Of a stretch of DNA of 64,000 nt, positions 45,279-54,263 are shown piece by piece. The position numbers were made by a program, and so were the translations under genes. A model generated the notes under the pieces. The model saw nothing but the letters and a program-made list of their open reading frames with translations, searched no databases and was not told the DNA's origin. The stretch is from the NCBI GenBank assembly GCA_902806315.1, contig CADCWD010000055.1, positions 62,840 through 126,839 on the forward strand, written 5' to 3'. The stretch's first letter is position 1. Each line of letters opens with the position of its first letter. This stretch comes from an uncultured Sphingosinicella sp. Its GTDB lineage: Bacteria > Pseudomonadota > Alphaproteobacteria > Sphingomonadales > Sphingomonadaceae.

Positions 45279-46013
45279 ATGGCGACGACCTTCGCCGCGG
45301 CCGCGGAGCGTAGCAGCGGCCGAACATTCTACACGGCGATGGGCCTTGCGATCGCGCTGCTGGTGTTCGTCGGCTATGCGCAAAGCTATTACCTCACCCG
45401 CTGGGTGGAGCCGCCGGCGCGCGCGCCCGAGATTACGGCCTTGCTGCACCTCCACGCGCTGAGCTTTACTTTGTGGATCCTCTTCGGCGCCGTTCAACCG
45501 ACGCTGGTCGCGTCCGGCAAGGTCGAGGCACATAAGCGGGCCGGCTATGCGGGCGCGGGACTTGCCCTGGCCGTGTGGCTGCTCGGCAATGTCGCCGCGA
45601 TCGAGGCAATGCATGTCGGCTACAAAGGCCTCGGCGACCCTTATGCCTTTTATTCGGTCACCTTCTTCTCGATCCAGGCATTCGCATTGATCGTGGGATT
45701 GGGCGTGTGGAAGCGCCACGATGTCGAAGCGCACAAGCGGCTGATGCTGCTTTCCAACGCAGCCATCCTCGAAGCGGCCGTCGGGAGATTGCCCTTCGAA
45801 GCCGTCGTCCAGACGGCCCCGCTCTCCTTCTACCTCGGCGCCGATCTCGTCATCCTTGCCGGGATGGCGCATGACCGGCTGACCCGCGGCGCAATCCACC
45901 CGGTCTGGACCTGGGGCGGCGGGCTGCTTGTGCTGAGCCAACTCTTTCGCCTTGCCATCATGCAAAGCGAGCCGTGGCTCACCTTTGCCCGCTTCATGGC
46001 CGGGCTCGTCTGA
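45279..46013 (+). CDS. hypothetical polytopic inner-membrane protein
   Basis: ORF 45279..46013. It has five to six hydrophobic segments and is preceded by aaggag. I recognise no family. Confidence 0.7.
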   Translation: MATTFAAAAERSSGRTFYTAMGLAIALLVFVGYAQSYYLTRWVEPPARAPEITALLHLHALSFTLWILFGAVQPTLVASGKVEAHKRAGYAGAGLALAVWLLGNVAAIEAMHVGYKGLGDPYAFYSVTFFSIQAFALIVGLGVWKRHDVEAHKRLMLLSNAAILEAAVGRLPFEAVVQTAPLSFYLGADLVILAGMAHDRLTRGAIHPVWTWGGGLLVLSQLFRLAIMQSEPWLTFARFMAGLV

Positions 46014-46015
46014 CC

Positions 46016-47626
46016 TCAGTCGTCGTCGTCCAGATATTCGAACGGATCGGTGATCCGCGGCTGGCTCGGCACAGGCATGCGGGGCAGCGGCTCCGGGCGG
46101 TTGGCGGCATTGAGCAGGAAGGTGGCCATGATCACGGCGGCCTGCCTTAGGTCCTCGGCCTTCAAATGGTCATAGGTGTCGATGCTGGTGTGGTGCAGCC
46201 GGCTGCCATAATCGAGCGGGTCCTGGATGAACTGATAGGCCGGGATGCCGACCGACTGCATGAAGACATGGTCGGTCCCGCTGGTCGAGCGTGCCGCGAC
46301 GGTGGTGGCGCCCATGCTCGCGAACGGGGCGAGCCAATCCTGGAAGATCGGCACCGCGGCGATATTGCCCTCGGCGTAAATGCCCCGGAACTTGCCCGAG
46401 CCATTGTCCATGTTGAAATAAGCGACCAGGTCTCGATGCCCCGGCTTGGGCGTGATCGGATAGCGATTGCGCCAGGTCTGGTTCGGGTTGGTGCGGGCGC
46501 GCTCGGGATCGGTCTCCGGCGGGCGCGAGGCCAAATAGCGATCGACATAGGCGAGCGAGCCGAGGATGCCTTGCTCCTCCCCGCTCCAAAGGGCGAAGCG
46601 GATGGTGCGCTTGGGCCGAACGCCGAGGCTGCGCAGGAGCCGCGCCGCTTCCATCACCACGGCCGAGCCCGCGGCATTGTCGACGGCACCGTCGGCGCCC
46701 GCCCAGCTGTCGAGATGGGCGCCCGCCATCACATATTCGCTGCCGCGCCCAGTGCCCGGAATTTCCGCGATGATGTTGTAGGCGTTGGTGTCCTCGTCGT
46801 GGAAGCGCACGTCGCTGACGAGCTCGAGCGTCGGAGCGGCGTCCGTCCGGGCGAGGCGCGCGAGGCGTCGATAATCCTCGGCCGCCATCTCGAAGCCCGG
46901 CAAAGAAGGGGTCTGGCCGGCGCGGTAGGTGTAGCCGGCGCCATGGACGAGGCCGCCGTCGCGATAGGAAATGCGCACCCAGGCGAGCGCGCCTTCTTCC
47001 TTCAGGAACCGATCCAGCGTCAGCGCGAAGGCGGTGCGGTCGCGCTTCAGCCGCCGTTCGATCTGCTGAGGCGAATAGTCCGGCTGGGGATAGGTGTTGA
47101 GCTGGCCCAGCTCTTCGCCCGTGTAGCGCTTGAACGCCGGCTCGGTCGGTTCGGAGCCGGTCCCGGGCAGGCTGACGAGGACGATGCGGCCGCCCAGCTT
47201 GCCGCGCCACTGGGCGAAGTCGCTTTCCTCGTCGATCGGCGCGACCACGACCGGCGCGGTGATCGTGCCGTTGGTGCCCGGCGTCCAGGCGACCGGAATC
47301 GTCCTCAGTTCCTTCACGCGCGGCGCCGTCATGCGCGCGCTCGCCCGGACGATCGACCAGCCGCGGCCGAACTCGAACGGCTCCGCGCGCACGTTGGCAA
47401 GGCCCCACTCGCGGAACCGGGACTGCGTCCACCGCTCGGCCTCGCGCATCTGGGGCGAATTGGTCATCCGCCCGCCGATCCGGTCGGTGAGGTGGGCGGC
47501 GGTCTCCATAACCTGGCTCTGGTTCAGTCCCTCGTTGATGATCCGGTTGATCTCGGTGCGGCTCGTTTCCTGAGCGGGCGCCGCGGCCGGAACGGCGAGG
47601 GCAAGAGCGGTCATGGCAAAGCGCAT
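46016..47626 (-). CDS. M28 family aminopeptidase, secreted
   Basis: ORF 46016..47719. ATG 47626 gives the signal peptide MRFAMTALALAVPAAAPAQE. Zinc-site context AGAHLDSWAGADGAVDNAAGSAVVMEAARLL. Confidence 0.88.
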   Translation of the reverse strand: MRFAMTALALAVPAAAPAQETSRTEINRIINEGLNQSQVMETAAHLTDRIGGRMTNSPQMREAERWTQSRFREWGLANVRAEPFEFGRGWSIVRASARMTAPRVKELRTIPVAWTPGTNGTITAPVVVAPIDEESDFAQWRGKLGGRIVLVSLPGTGSEPTEPAFKRYTGEELGQLNTYPQPDYSPQQIERRLKRDRTAFALTLDRFLKEEGALAWVRISYRDGGLVHGAGYTYRAGQTPSLPGFEMAAEDYRRLARLARTDAAPTLELVSDVRFHDEDTNAYNIIAEIPGTGRGSEYVMAGAHLDSWAGADGAVDNAAGSAVVMEAARLLRSLGVRPKRTIRFALWSGEEQGILGSLAYVDRYLASRPPETDPERARTNPNQTWRNRYPITPKPGHRDLVAYFNMDNGSGKFRGIYAEGNIAAVPIFQDWLAPFASMGATTVAARSTSGTDHVFMQSVGIPAYQFIQDPLDYGSRLHHTSIDTYDHLKAEDLRQAAVIMATFLLNAANRPEPLPRMPVPSQPRITDPFEYLDDDD

Positions 47627-47774
47627 CGGGTGGAGGCTCCTGGAAGGGCAGGCGGGGCAGCAAGGCTTAGGCAGCGTCAAGGCGGGCCGCAAGCCGCCGC
47701 TCCGCGTTGACAGGAGCAACCCCTTTCGTCATGAGGCCGCCTTCCTATCTAGGCAGCTCCCTGAGTGCCTTTGG

Positions 47775-47861
47775 GGACAGGTGGCCGAGTGGTTAAAGGC
47801 AGCAGACTGTAAATCTGCCCGGGTTTCCCGTACGCTGGTTCGAATCCAGCCCTGTCCACCA
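47775..47861 (+). tRNA. tRNA-Tyr (anticodon GTA)
   Basis: Acceptor stem GGACAGG/CCTGTCC, anticodon loop CTGTAAA, a long variable arm, T-loop GCTGGTTCGAATCCAGC, and an encoded CCA. Confidence 0.93.
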
Positions 47862-47944
47862 TCCCCTTCTTCATATCGCGTGTGAATAGCCTTGGCGTGC
47901 AAAGGCAATCGCAGGGTGCGGCGGCGGCTGCTATCGTTTCGGCC

Positions 47945-48982
47945 ATGCAGAGCAGACGAACCGCCATTCAGAGCCTTGCCGCCGTTGCGGCCGGGCTTGC
48001 GATCCCACCCGCCAGGGCCGCCGCGCAGCCGGTGTGGCGCAAGCCGGGGCGGCTTCGCCCCGGGGACACGGTCGGGCTGATCGAGCCGGCGGGGTTCACG
48101 GACGACGAGTTCGACCTCGCGGTCATAAAGGAGGCGATCGCGGCGATGGGGCTGGTGGCGAAGCCCGCGCCGCACCTGCTCGCGCGCTACGGCTATCTGG
48201 CCGGCAAGGATCGGGAGCGGGCGGCCGACGTCAATGCGATGTTCGCGGACGACAAGGTGCGCGCGGTGTTCGCGGTGAGGGGCGGGTGGGGGAGTGCGCG
48301 CATCCTGCCGTATCTCAATTATGACCTGATCCGGGCCACTCCGAAGCTGCTGGTGGGCTTCAGCGACATCACCGCGCTGCACATGGCGCTGGCGGCGCGC
48401 GCGGGCTTCACCACGATCCACGGCCCCAATGCCGCGAGCGCCTGGGGCGAGCTGTCCCGGAACTCGTTCCGGAGCATCGCCTTTGGGGGCGAGACTCCGC
48501 TTTACAGCAGCCCGGCAGGCACCGAGGATCGCCTCGTGCAGCGGAGCGGACGGACGCGCACCTTCCGGCCCGGCAAAGCCAGCGGTCGGCTGCTCGGCGG
48601 CAATCTGACGGTGCTGACCTCGCTGATGGGGACGCCCTATCTGCCGGACTTTACCGGCGCGATCCTCTTCATCGAGGATATCGACGAGGCGGAATACCGG
48701 ATCGATCGCATGCTGACCCAGCTCGCGCTGGGCGGCCTGCTCGGCCGGGTAGCGGGGGTCGTGTTCGGCCAGTGCACCGACTGCCGCGCGCGCGGGCCGT
48801 CGATCGGCGGCTTCACGCTGTCGCAGGTGCTCCAGCAGCATCTGGAGTCGCTCGGCGTTCCGGCCTTCCAGGGAGCGCTCTTCGGCCATGTTCCCAACCA
48901 GTTCAGCCTGCCGGTCGGCATTAGGGCCGAGATCGACGCGGGGGCCGGCACGATCCGGATCCTGGAGCCTGCCGTCGCGTGA
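47945..48982 (+). CDS. S66 family LD-carboxypeptidase (LdcA-like), Tat-type signal
   Basis: In frame within ORF 47882..48982. ATG 47945 gives MQSRRTAIQSLAAVAAGLAIPPARAAA. Motifs RGGWGSARIL and the nucleophile context GFSDITALH. Confidence 0.85.
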   Translation: MQSRRTAIQSLAAVAAGLAIPPARAAAQPVWRKPGRLRPGDTVGLIEPAGFTDDEFDLAVIKEAIAAMGLVAKPAPHLLARYGYLAGKDRERAADVNAMFADDKVRAVFAVRGGWGSARILPYLNYDLIRATPKLLVGFSDITALHMALAARAGFTTIHGPNAASAWGELSRNSFRSIAFGGETPLYSSPAGTEDRLVQRSGRTRTFRPGKASGRLLGGNLTVLTSLMGTPYLPDFTGAILFIEDIDEAEYRIDRMLTQLALGGLLGRVAGVVFGQCTDCRARGPSIGGFTLSQVLQQHLESLGVPAFQGALFGHVPNQFSLPVGIRAEIDAGAGTIRILEPAVA

Positions 48983-49050
48983 GGCTTCTCGCTGCGAGGA
49001 TAAAGCTCCCTTAACCCATCGCGCTTTACGATCCGGCAAGCAGGACGGGT

Positions 49051-49072
49051 CGGCCTGCATCGCGATGCAGGC
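49051..49072. promoter_or_regulatory. 22-bp perfect palindrome ggcctgcatcg|cgatgcaggcc
   Basis: Read directly from the sequence. It ends 9 nt before ATG 49082, so it abuts or occludes the ribosome-binding region. It could be an operator or an RNA hairpin. Confidence 0.4.
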
Positions 49073-49081
49073 CTTGGACGG

Positions 49082-49444
49082 ATGATCAGAATCAATCTCG
49101 AGCAGCAGCGCGTCGACGAGATCCAGGCGCAGATCCGCGCCGGCCGGAGCTTTGCGCCCATCGCGCCGGCGTTGAACGATGAGCCGGCGGACGAGCTCGA
49201 GGCCAAGCTGCCCGGGCGGCTGGCCGAAGAGATCGCATATGTGCAGCAGCTCATCGAGAGCATCGGCGACGAGCTGATCGTCGAGCCGGTGATCCTCCAG
49301 CACCATGCCGGTGCGCTTCAGAAGTTCGATGCGGCGAACCAGATCCTGAGCCACATTTCTAGCATCCTTTCCGCGAGCGACCGCGTGGGCGCGGCGGAGC
49401 GGGTGGGGATGAAGGATCTGCGTTCGCGCCTGCTGAGGGGCTGA
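49082..49444 (+). CDS. hypothetical protein; paralog of the C-terminal module of the PilZ protein at 54264..54929
   Basis: ORF 49082..49444. The last 89 aa align without gaps to the last 89 aa of the 54264..54929 product (40 identities by hand count). Confidence 0.65.
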   Translation: MIRINLEQQRVDEIQAQIRAGRSFAPIAPALNDEPADELEAKLPGRLAEEIAYVQQLIESIGDELIVEPVILQHHAGALQKFDAANQILSHISSILSASDRVGAAERVGMKDLRSRLLRG

Positions 49445-49506
49445 AGCGCGTGCCGGGCCGTTCGGGCTTGTCTCAAAAGGCGGTTTCAGGGTAACGGCCA
49501 ACCGAT

Positions 49507-49580
49507 GCGGGCGTAGCATAGTGGTAATGCTCTAGCCTTCCAAGCTAGCTAGGAGGGTTCGATTCCCTTCGCCCGCTCCA
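49507..49580 (+). tRNA. tRNA-Gly (anticodon TCC)
   Basis: Acceptor stem GCGGGCG/CGCCCGC, anticodon stem-loop CTAGC-CTTCCAA-GCTAG, T-arm AGGGTTCGATTCCCT, and an encoded CCA. Confidence 0.93.
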
Positions 49581-49599
49581 CTCTTCCGCTTGCTGGAAG

Positions 49600-50292
49600 C
49601 TAGTTCGCGCGGAGCCAGCCCATCAGCTCGCGGAACGGGATCACCTGGTTGAAGGCGATGCCGCCGATGCCGTCCTGGTACCAGCGCACCACGCCCTGGA
49701 CCGGGCGGAACTTGTCGAGCGTGAGCACGACCTCCTGGCCCTCCTCGAGCGCCTCGTCGGTCTCGATCTTGACCCCGCCCTGGCTGATGTCGCGGGTGCT
49801 CACGCCGTAGATGCGGGCGCCGACGCGCAATGTCGCGAGCCGGTCGATCTCGACACGGGGGAGGCGAGGGCGCCAGCCATCCTCCAGCCCGGAATGGCTG
49901 GCGAGGATCTCCTCGACGTCGATCGGCGCGTCGAAGCTGATGCCGGCATTGTTGTCCTGGAGCCAGGTGACGCTGCCCTCGATGCGGTGATTGGTCTTGA
50001 GCTCGACGGCGACGCGCTCGCCGACCACTCGCCGGGAATAGACATGGGCGAGAAGGCCGCCGGCCGAGATGTTGCGGATCAGGCAAAGCTCGCGCCTGTC
50101 GCCCACGAAGATGCTGCCGACCCGAAGAATGGTCATGTGCCGGCGCTGCTGCCGCCGCTCCGGCGGTTTTGGAGCATTGGTCGAGAAGGAGAAGGTGGTC
50201 TCCTCTACCGCATCGTCCATTCGCACGCCGTCCCTCCCGAAATCCATTCCGGGCACGAGCTGCCCCCGCTGCTCGCGTCCGGAACTTCGCAT
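49600..50292 (-). CDS. tandem PilZ domain protein (c-di-GMP receptor-like)
   Basis: ORF 49600..50292. There are two RxxxR...(D/N)xSxxG signatures: RRQQRRH...NISAGG and RPRLPR...DISQGG. Confidence 0.85.
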   Translation of the reverse strand: MRSSGREQRGQLVPGMDFGRDGVRMDDAVEETTFSFSTNAPKPPERRQQRRHMTILRVGSIFVGDRRELCLIRNISAGGLLAHVYSRRVVGERVAVELKTNHRIEGSVTWLQDNNAGISFDAPIDVEEILASHSGLEDGWRPRLPRVEIDRLATLRVGARIYGVSTRDISQGGVKIETDEALEEGQEVVLTLDKFRPVQGVVRWYQDGIGGIAFNQVIPFRELMGWLRAN

Positions 50293-50422
50293 TAGAAGAA
50301 CAGACGTTTAAGAATGGCTTACACACCCACACGGGCGCTACTGCGATCCCGTTTCGGGACGGGGTGGACAGTGTTTTGCCCTTCACAGCTTTCTTACGCT
50401 TTCTCATTATTCGGCAGACTTG

Positions 50423-51745
50423 ATGACCGCTCAAAGCAAGATCGAAGCCGTCCTGCGCGTCGACCCGCGCCCGGCTTCGGCTGTCAGCACGATGGTTGGC
50501 GTCGTCGGCCTTATCGGGCTGTTCGCCTACGTGGCGGTTGCGCGCACCTATGATCTCGGCGGCCCGGTCTCCTCGCTGGGCGCCTTGCTCTCCTGCGGCA
50601 TCCCGATGGTCCTGTGGTCGCTGTTCGTAGACAAGGTGCACCGCAATCCGTCGACGGGGATCGACTGGGACTCGCCGCTGCGGCCGCTGTCCGAAACGCT
50701 CGACATCAGCCTGGTGAAGATCGCCGGCACCTGGGCGATCTGGGCGGCGATCGGCTGCTTCTACTGCATCGGCCGCTGGTATTGGGACGGCAACTATCTT
50801 TTCTCGATGCAGCTGCTGGGCCTGAGCTCGCCGCTGCTGCTGGTGCTTTCGGTGCCCTATATCGTCTGGCTCGACCGGCGGCTGAAGGAGCCGAAGGACG
50901 GCGCCTGGCATTTCGGGCGGCTGGTGATCGGCAAGCCGCGCGGCGTCGATCGCGAGATCGTCTACGATTTCCTGCGCGCCTGGGCGGTGAAGGGCTTCTT
51001 CCTCGCCTTCATGATCTCGATCGTTCCGGGCAACTGGACCAACACGGTCGCCCCGGACGCAGCGCAGATCGCCGCGAGCCCCGTCAGCCTGGCGCTGTGG
51101 CTGATCACCGCGATGTTCCTGATCGACGTGAGCTTCGCCACGGTCGGCTACCTCCTGACCTGCAAGCCGCTCGACGCCCATATCCGTTCGGCAAACCCCT
51201 ATCTCTCCGGCTGGGCGGCGGCTTTGATGTGCTATCCGCCGTCCATCCTGATGAACAATGGCGACGTGCTCGATTACCGGCAGGGCAATCATGGCGACGA
51301 CAGCTGGCTTCACTGGCTCGACGGCAGCCCGCTCGCGCTTGCCGCCTTCGGAGCCGTGCTCGCCTTTCTGATGGGGATTTATGCCTGGGCGACGGTTGCG
51401 TTCGGGCTGCGCTTCTCCAATCTCACGCATCGCGGCATCCTGACGCACGGGCCCTATGCCTGGAGCAAGCACCCGGCTTATTTGTCCAAGAACCTGTTCT
51501 GGTGGCTGGCGACGATGCCGTTCCTCGCGGTGACCGGGAATCCGGTCGACATGATCCGCAACACGGTGGTGCTCGGGTTGGTCAGCGGTGTTTATTACTG
51601 GCGAGCGCGGACCGAGGAGCGGCATCTCTCGGCCGATCCCGCTTATGTCGAATATGCTGAGTGGATGGAGCGCAACGGCCCGATCCCGCGGCTGATCCGC
51701 GCCGTGCGGGGCAGGGGCCGAGCGGAGCCCGTCGTCGCCGAGTAG
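50423..51745 (+). CDS. polytopic membrane protein with C-terminal ICMT/PEMT-like methyltransferase domain
   Basis: ORF 50420..51745 (TTG 50420 or ATG 50423). The N-terminal half has multiple TM segments. The C-terminus HGPYAWSKHPAYLSKNLFWW...YYWRARTEERHL resembles isoprenylcysteine carboxyl / phospholipid methyltransferases. Confidence 0.75.
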   Translation: MTAQSKIEAVLRVDPRPASAVSTMVGVVGLIGLFAYVAVARTYDLGGPVSSLGALLSCGIPMVLWSLFVDKVHRNPSTGIDWDSPLRPLSETLDISLVKIAGTWAIWAAIGCFYCIGRWYWDGNYLFSMQLLGLSSPLLLVLSVPYIVWLDRRLKEPKDGAWHFGRLVIGKPRGVDREIVYDFLRAWAVKGFFLAFMISIVPGNWTNTVAPDAAQIAASPVSLALWLITAMFLIDVSFATVGYLLTCKPLDAHIRSANPYLSGWAAALMCYPPSILMNNGDVLDYRQGNHGDDSWLHWLDGSPLALAAFGAVLAFLMGIYAWATVAFGLRFSNLTHRGILTHGPYAWSKHPAYLSKNLFWWLATMPFLAVTGNPVDMIRNTVVLGLVSGVYYWRARTEERHLSADPAYVEYAEWMERNGPIPRLIRAVRGRGRAEPVVAE

Positions 51746-51938
51746 GCGCCCGAGGGCCGTCTCGCCGAGGCCAGCGGCGGAAAGTTCACGAATGGCACGT
51801 GAAACGAGGCGCCTCCTCATCCTAGCGAGCACCTTTTCGCGCTTATCTTCCTCGCGCGCGGCGTAGAGGTGACCAGCAGCAGGCAGGCGGCCGAATAGCG
51901 GAAAGTCCCTTTCGGACAACTGCAGTGGTCGCCCGCGC

Positions 51939-52577
51939 CTAGCCACACACCTTGATGGCCCGGCCGGCTCCGGAAGTCGCGAATTGTGCCGACTGCAGGT
52001 TGGCAAGGCGCACGAGTTCCCCAGAGCTGTTCATCGAAACTTCGGCGAATTCTCTAGCCGCAGCCAGCCCGGTTTGATCAGTTCCTTCCACGAGGGGGCC
52101 CTCCGTGCCGCCATGTGAAAGGAAGTAGGAGGTGCCGGCCTGAACAGCCTTCCCGGAGGCGACCGCACGCTGCTGAAGCGGCTGCAGCAGCACGTCGGTC
52201 CGGAGCGTGCCGACATAAGCAATCTCGCCCGGGCGCACGTCGAACTCGAACGTGCCATTTTCCAGGCACGCGCCCCAGTGGCCCTGCTGCCACACGCTAT
52301 CCAAGCGATAGCGCCCTGGTGAAAGTGTGCGGGCAATATATTGAAAACCAGAGGCGCCCGGATCTACCTTCATGAGGTAGACGCGGGACACAAATCCACT
52401 TTTGCCGTTCTTCGAGAATTGAAGCGCGGAGGGGAACGGCTGAACCGGGACACGAACAAGCACGGCTCCGTCTTTTGACGCGGCCGAAAGCTTTATCTTG
52501 CCGGGCTCCTTCTGGGCGCCGGCCGGAGCCGCGGTGCAGATTGCGATTGCCAGGACAATGCTTCTGGTCAGTTTCAT
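51939..52577 (-). CDS. hypothetical secreted protein
   Basis: ORF 51939..52628. ATG 52577 gives the signal peptide MKLTRSIVLAIAICTAAPAGAQ. I recognise no family. Confidence 0.65.
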   Translation of the reverse strand: MKLTRSIVLAIAICTAAPAGAQKEPGKIKLSAASKDGAVLVRVPVQPFPSALQFSKNGKSGFVSRVYLMKVDPGASGFQYIARTLSPGRYRLDSVWQQGHWGACLENGTFEFDVRPGEIAYVGTLRTDVLLQPLQQRAVASGKAVQAGTSYFLSHGGTEGPLVEGTDQTGLAAAREFAEVSMNSSGELVRLANLQSAQFATSGAGRAIKVCG

Positions 52578-52928
52578 TTCACGCTCCGTGGTCGCCGAAC
52601 GGCTCCGTATTCGGGAAGCCTGGATCAAGCTTTAACGTCGCGGCCGGCCAAGGGAAATGGACCTGAGAGTGAATGGGCCGCGCCTGCTTTCACACGCTCC
52701 GGACATTCTGTGAAGGGTCCGCTTTCCACCCGTGCGGACTTTCACCCCATAGGCTGCTTCCCCCGCTGATGTTCGGGCGTCCATCCGTCGCGGCGGGCGT
52801 GCACGGCTCGAGCGGATTATCGAAGGCGGACGTTCATCCGCGCCGGTGCGGGCGCCGCATCGGGGAGCAACCCGATTGTCATTGCGCCTCGTGCGGCTAT
52901 GCTTCCGCCGGGATCGGGAAGGGACTTC

Positions 52929-54218
52929 ATGAGACGGCTAAGCTTCGGATTGGCGGCGCTCACCCTTTCCCTTGGACCCAGCCCATTTATCCAGACGGCG
53001 GACGCTGCTCCTGTAGGTCAAGCTGCTGCTCCTTTGAAGATCAACAAGGGGCGGATCGAGCGGGCGCTCAAGGGCATCGTTTCCGATGGGCGTGCCGCCG
53101 GCGTTTCCATGTTGGTCTGGCAGGATGGGCGCGAGCGGTTCTTCGGAACGGCGGGCTTCGCCGACCGCGAGGCCGGGCGGCCGATGGCGCGCGATACGCT
53201 GGTTCAGATCTGGTCGATGACGAAGCCCGTGACCGGCGTCGCTCTGATGCAATTGTGGGAGGAAGGCCGCTTCCGGATCGACGATCCGATCGCCCAGTAT
53301 CTTCCAGAATTCGCAAAAATGCAGGTGGCTGCCAAGCTGGGAGCCAGCGGAGGCGCGCAATACCGCCCCGCCGCCCGGCCGATCACGATCCGCGACCTCC
53401 TCCGCCACACGGCAGGTCTTGCTTACGGCATGCGCGGGGGCGCTGTGGACGCCGAGTATCAGCGCGTCGACCCGCTCAATCTGCAGAATGACCTCGCCGA
53501 GGCGAACCAACGCTTGGCCAGGCTGCCGCTCCTCTTCGACCCTGGCGCGGAGTGGAGCTACTCGGCGTCCGTGGACGTCCAGGCGCGGCTCGTCGAGACA
53601 TTGTCGGGGCAGGATTTCGAAACTTACGTGCGCCAGCGCATCCTGGACCCGCTCGGGATGCGCGACACGGGTTGGAGCCAACCGGCAGCCAATCTTGCGC
53701 GCTTCGCGGCCACATATGAGGACAAGGGGGCAGGAACCCTGGTTCGCCAGTCCGATCAGCAGATGCAGGCCAGGAACTTCGCGCCGCACCGGCTGACGAT
53801 GGGCGGCGCGGGCTTGGTAGGCTCGATCGACGATTATATGCGCTTCGCGCGGATGTTGCTCAACGGCGGTGAACTGGACGGCGCGCGCATCCTGAAAGCC
53901 TCGACCGTGCGCCTCATGACGACCGACCACCTTGATCCGGCGATGAAGGAGCGCTTCTTCCTTCCCGCCAAAGGCAGCGTCGGTTTCGGCTTCAACTTCG
54001 CGGTGCGCACCGCACAGCCCCAGAGCGACGATGAGAATCGCGGGGCGGTAGGGGAATTTTTCTGGGATGGCGCCGCTTCGACCTTGTTCTGGGTCGACCC
54101 TGCCAATCGGCTCGCAGGCGTGTTCTTCGTCCAGAAAATGCCCTTTGACGGAAGCCTGCACCACGACGTTCGGGAAGCTGTTTATGGCCGGGAATATCTA
54201 GGCCCCAGAGGCGATTGA
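52929..54218 (+). CDS. beta-lactamase-fold serine hydrolase/esterase (class C-like), secreted
   Basis: In frame within ORF 52899..54218. ATG 52929 gives the signal peptide MRRLSFGLAALTLSLG. SxxK motif in the context IWSMTKPVTG. Confidence 0.88.
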   Translation: MRRLSFGLAALTLSLGPSPFIQTADAAPVGQAAAPLKINKGRIERALKGIVSDGRAAGVSMLVWQDGRERFFGTAGFADREAGRPMARDTLVQIWSMTKPVTGVALMQLWEEGRFRIDDPIAQYLPEFAKMQVAAKLGASGGAQYRPAARPITIRDLLRHTAGLAYGMRGGAVDAEYQRVDPLNLQNDLAEANQRLARLPLLFDPGAEWSYSASVDVQARLVETLSGQDFETYVRQRILDPLGMRDTGWSQPAANLARFAATYEDKGAGTLVRQSDQQMQARNFAPHRLTMGGAGLVGSIDDYMRFARMLLNGGELDGARILKASTVRLMTTDHLDPAMKERFFLPAKGSVGFGFNFAVRTAQPQSDDENRGAVGEFFWDGAASTLFWVDPANRLAGVFFVQKMPFDGSLHHDVREAVYGREYLGPRGD

Positions 54219-54263
54219 ATTCTTCCGGGGAGGACTGTTCCGGGTCGGCCCTGTCGGGAGCTC

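Noticed and set aside
52673-53491. 272-aa plus-strand ORF covering the long spacer and the 5' part of the esterase gene.
   Set aside because: It is out of frame with the well-supported SxxK hydrolase, has a Cys/Arg/Gly-rich composition, and has no motif or ribosome-binding site.
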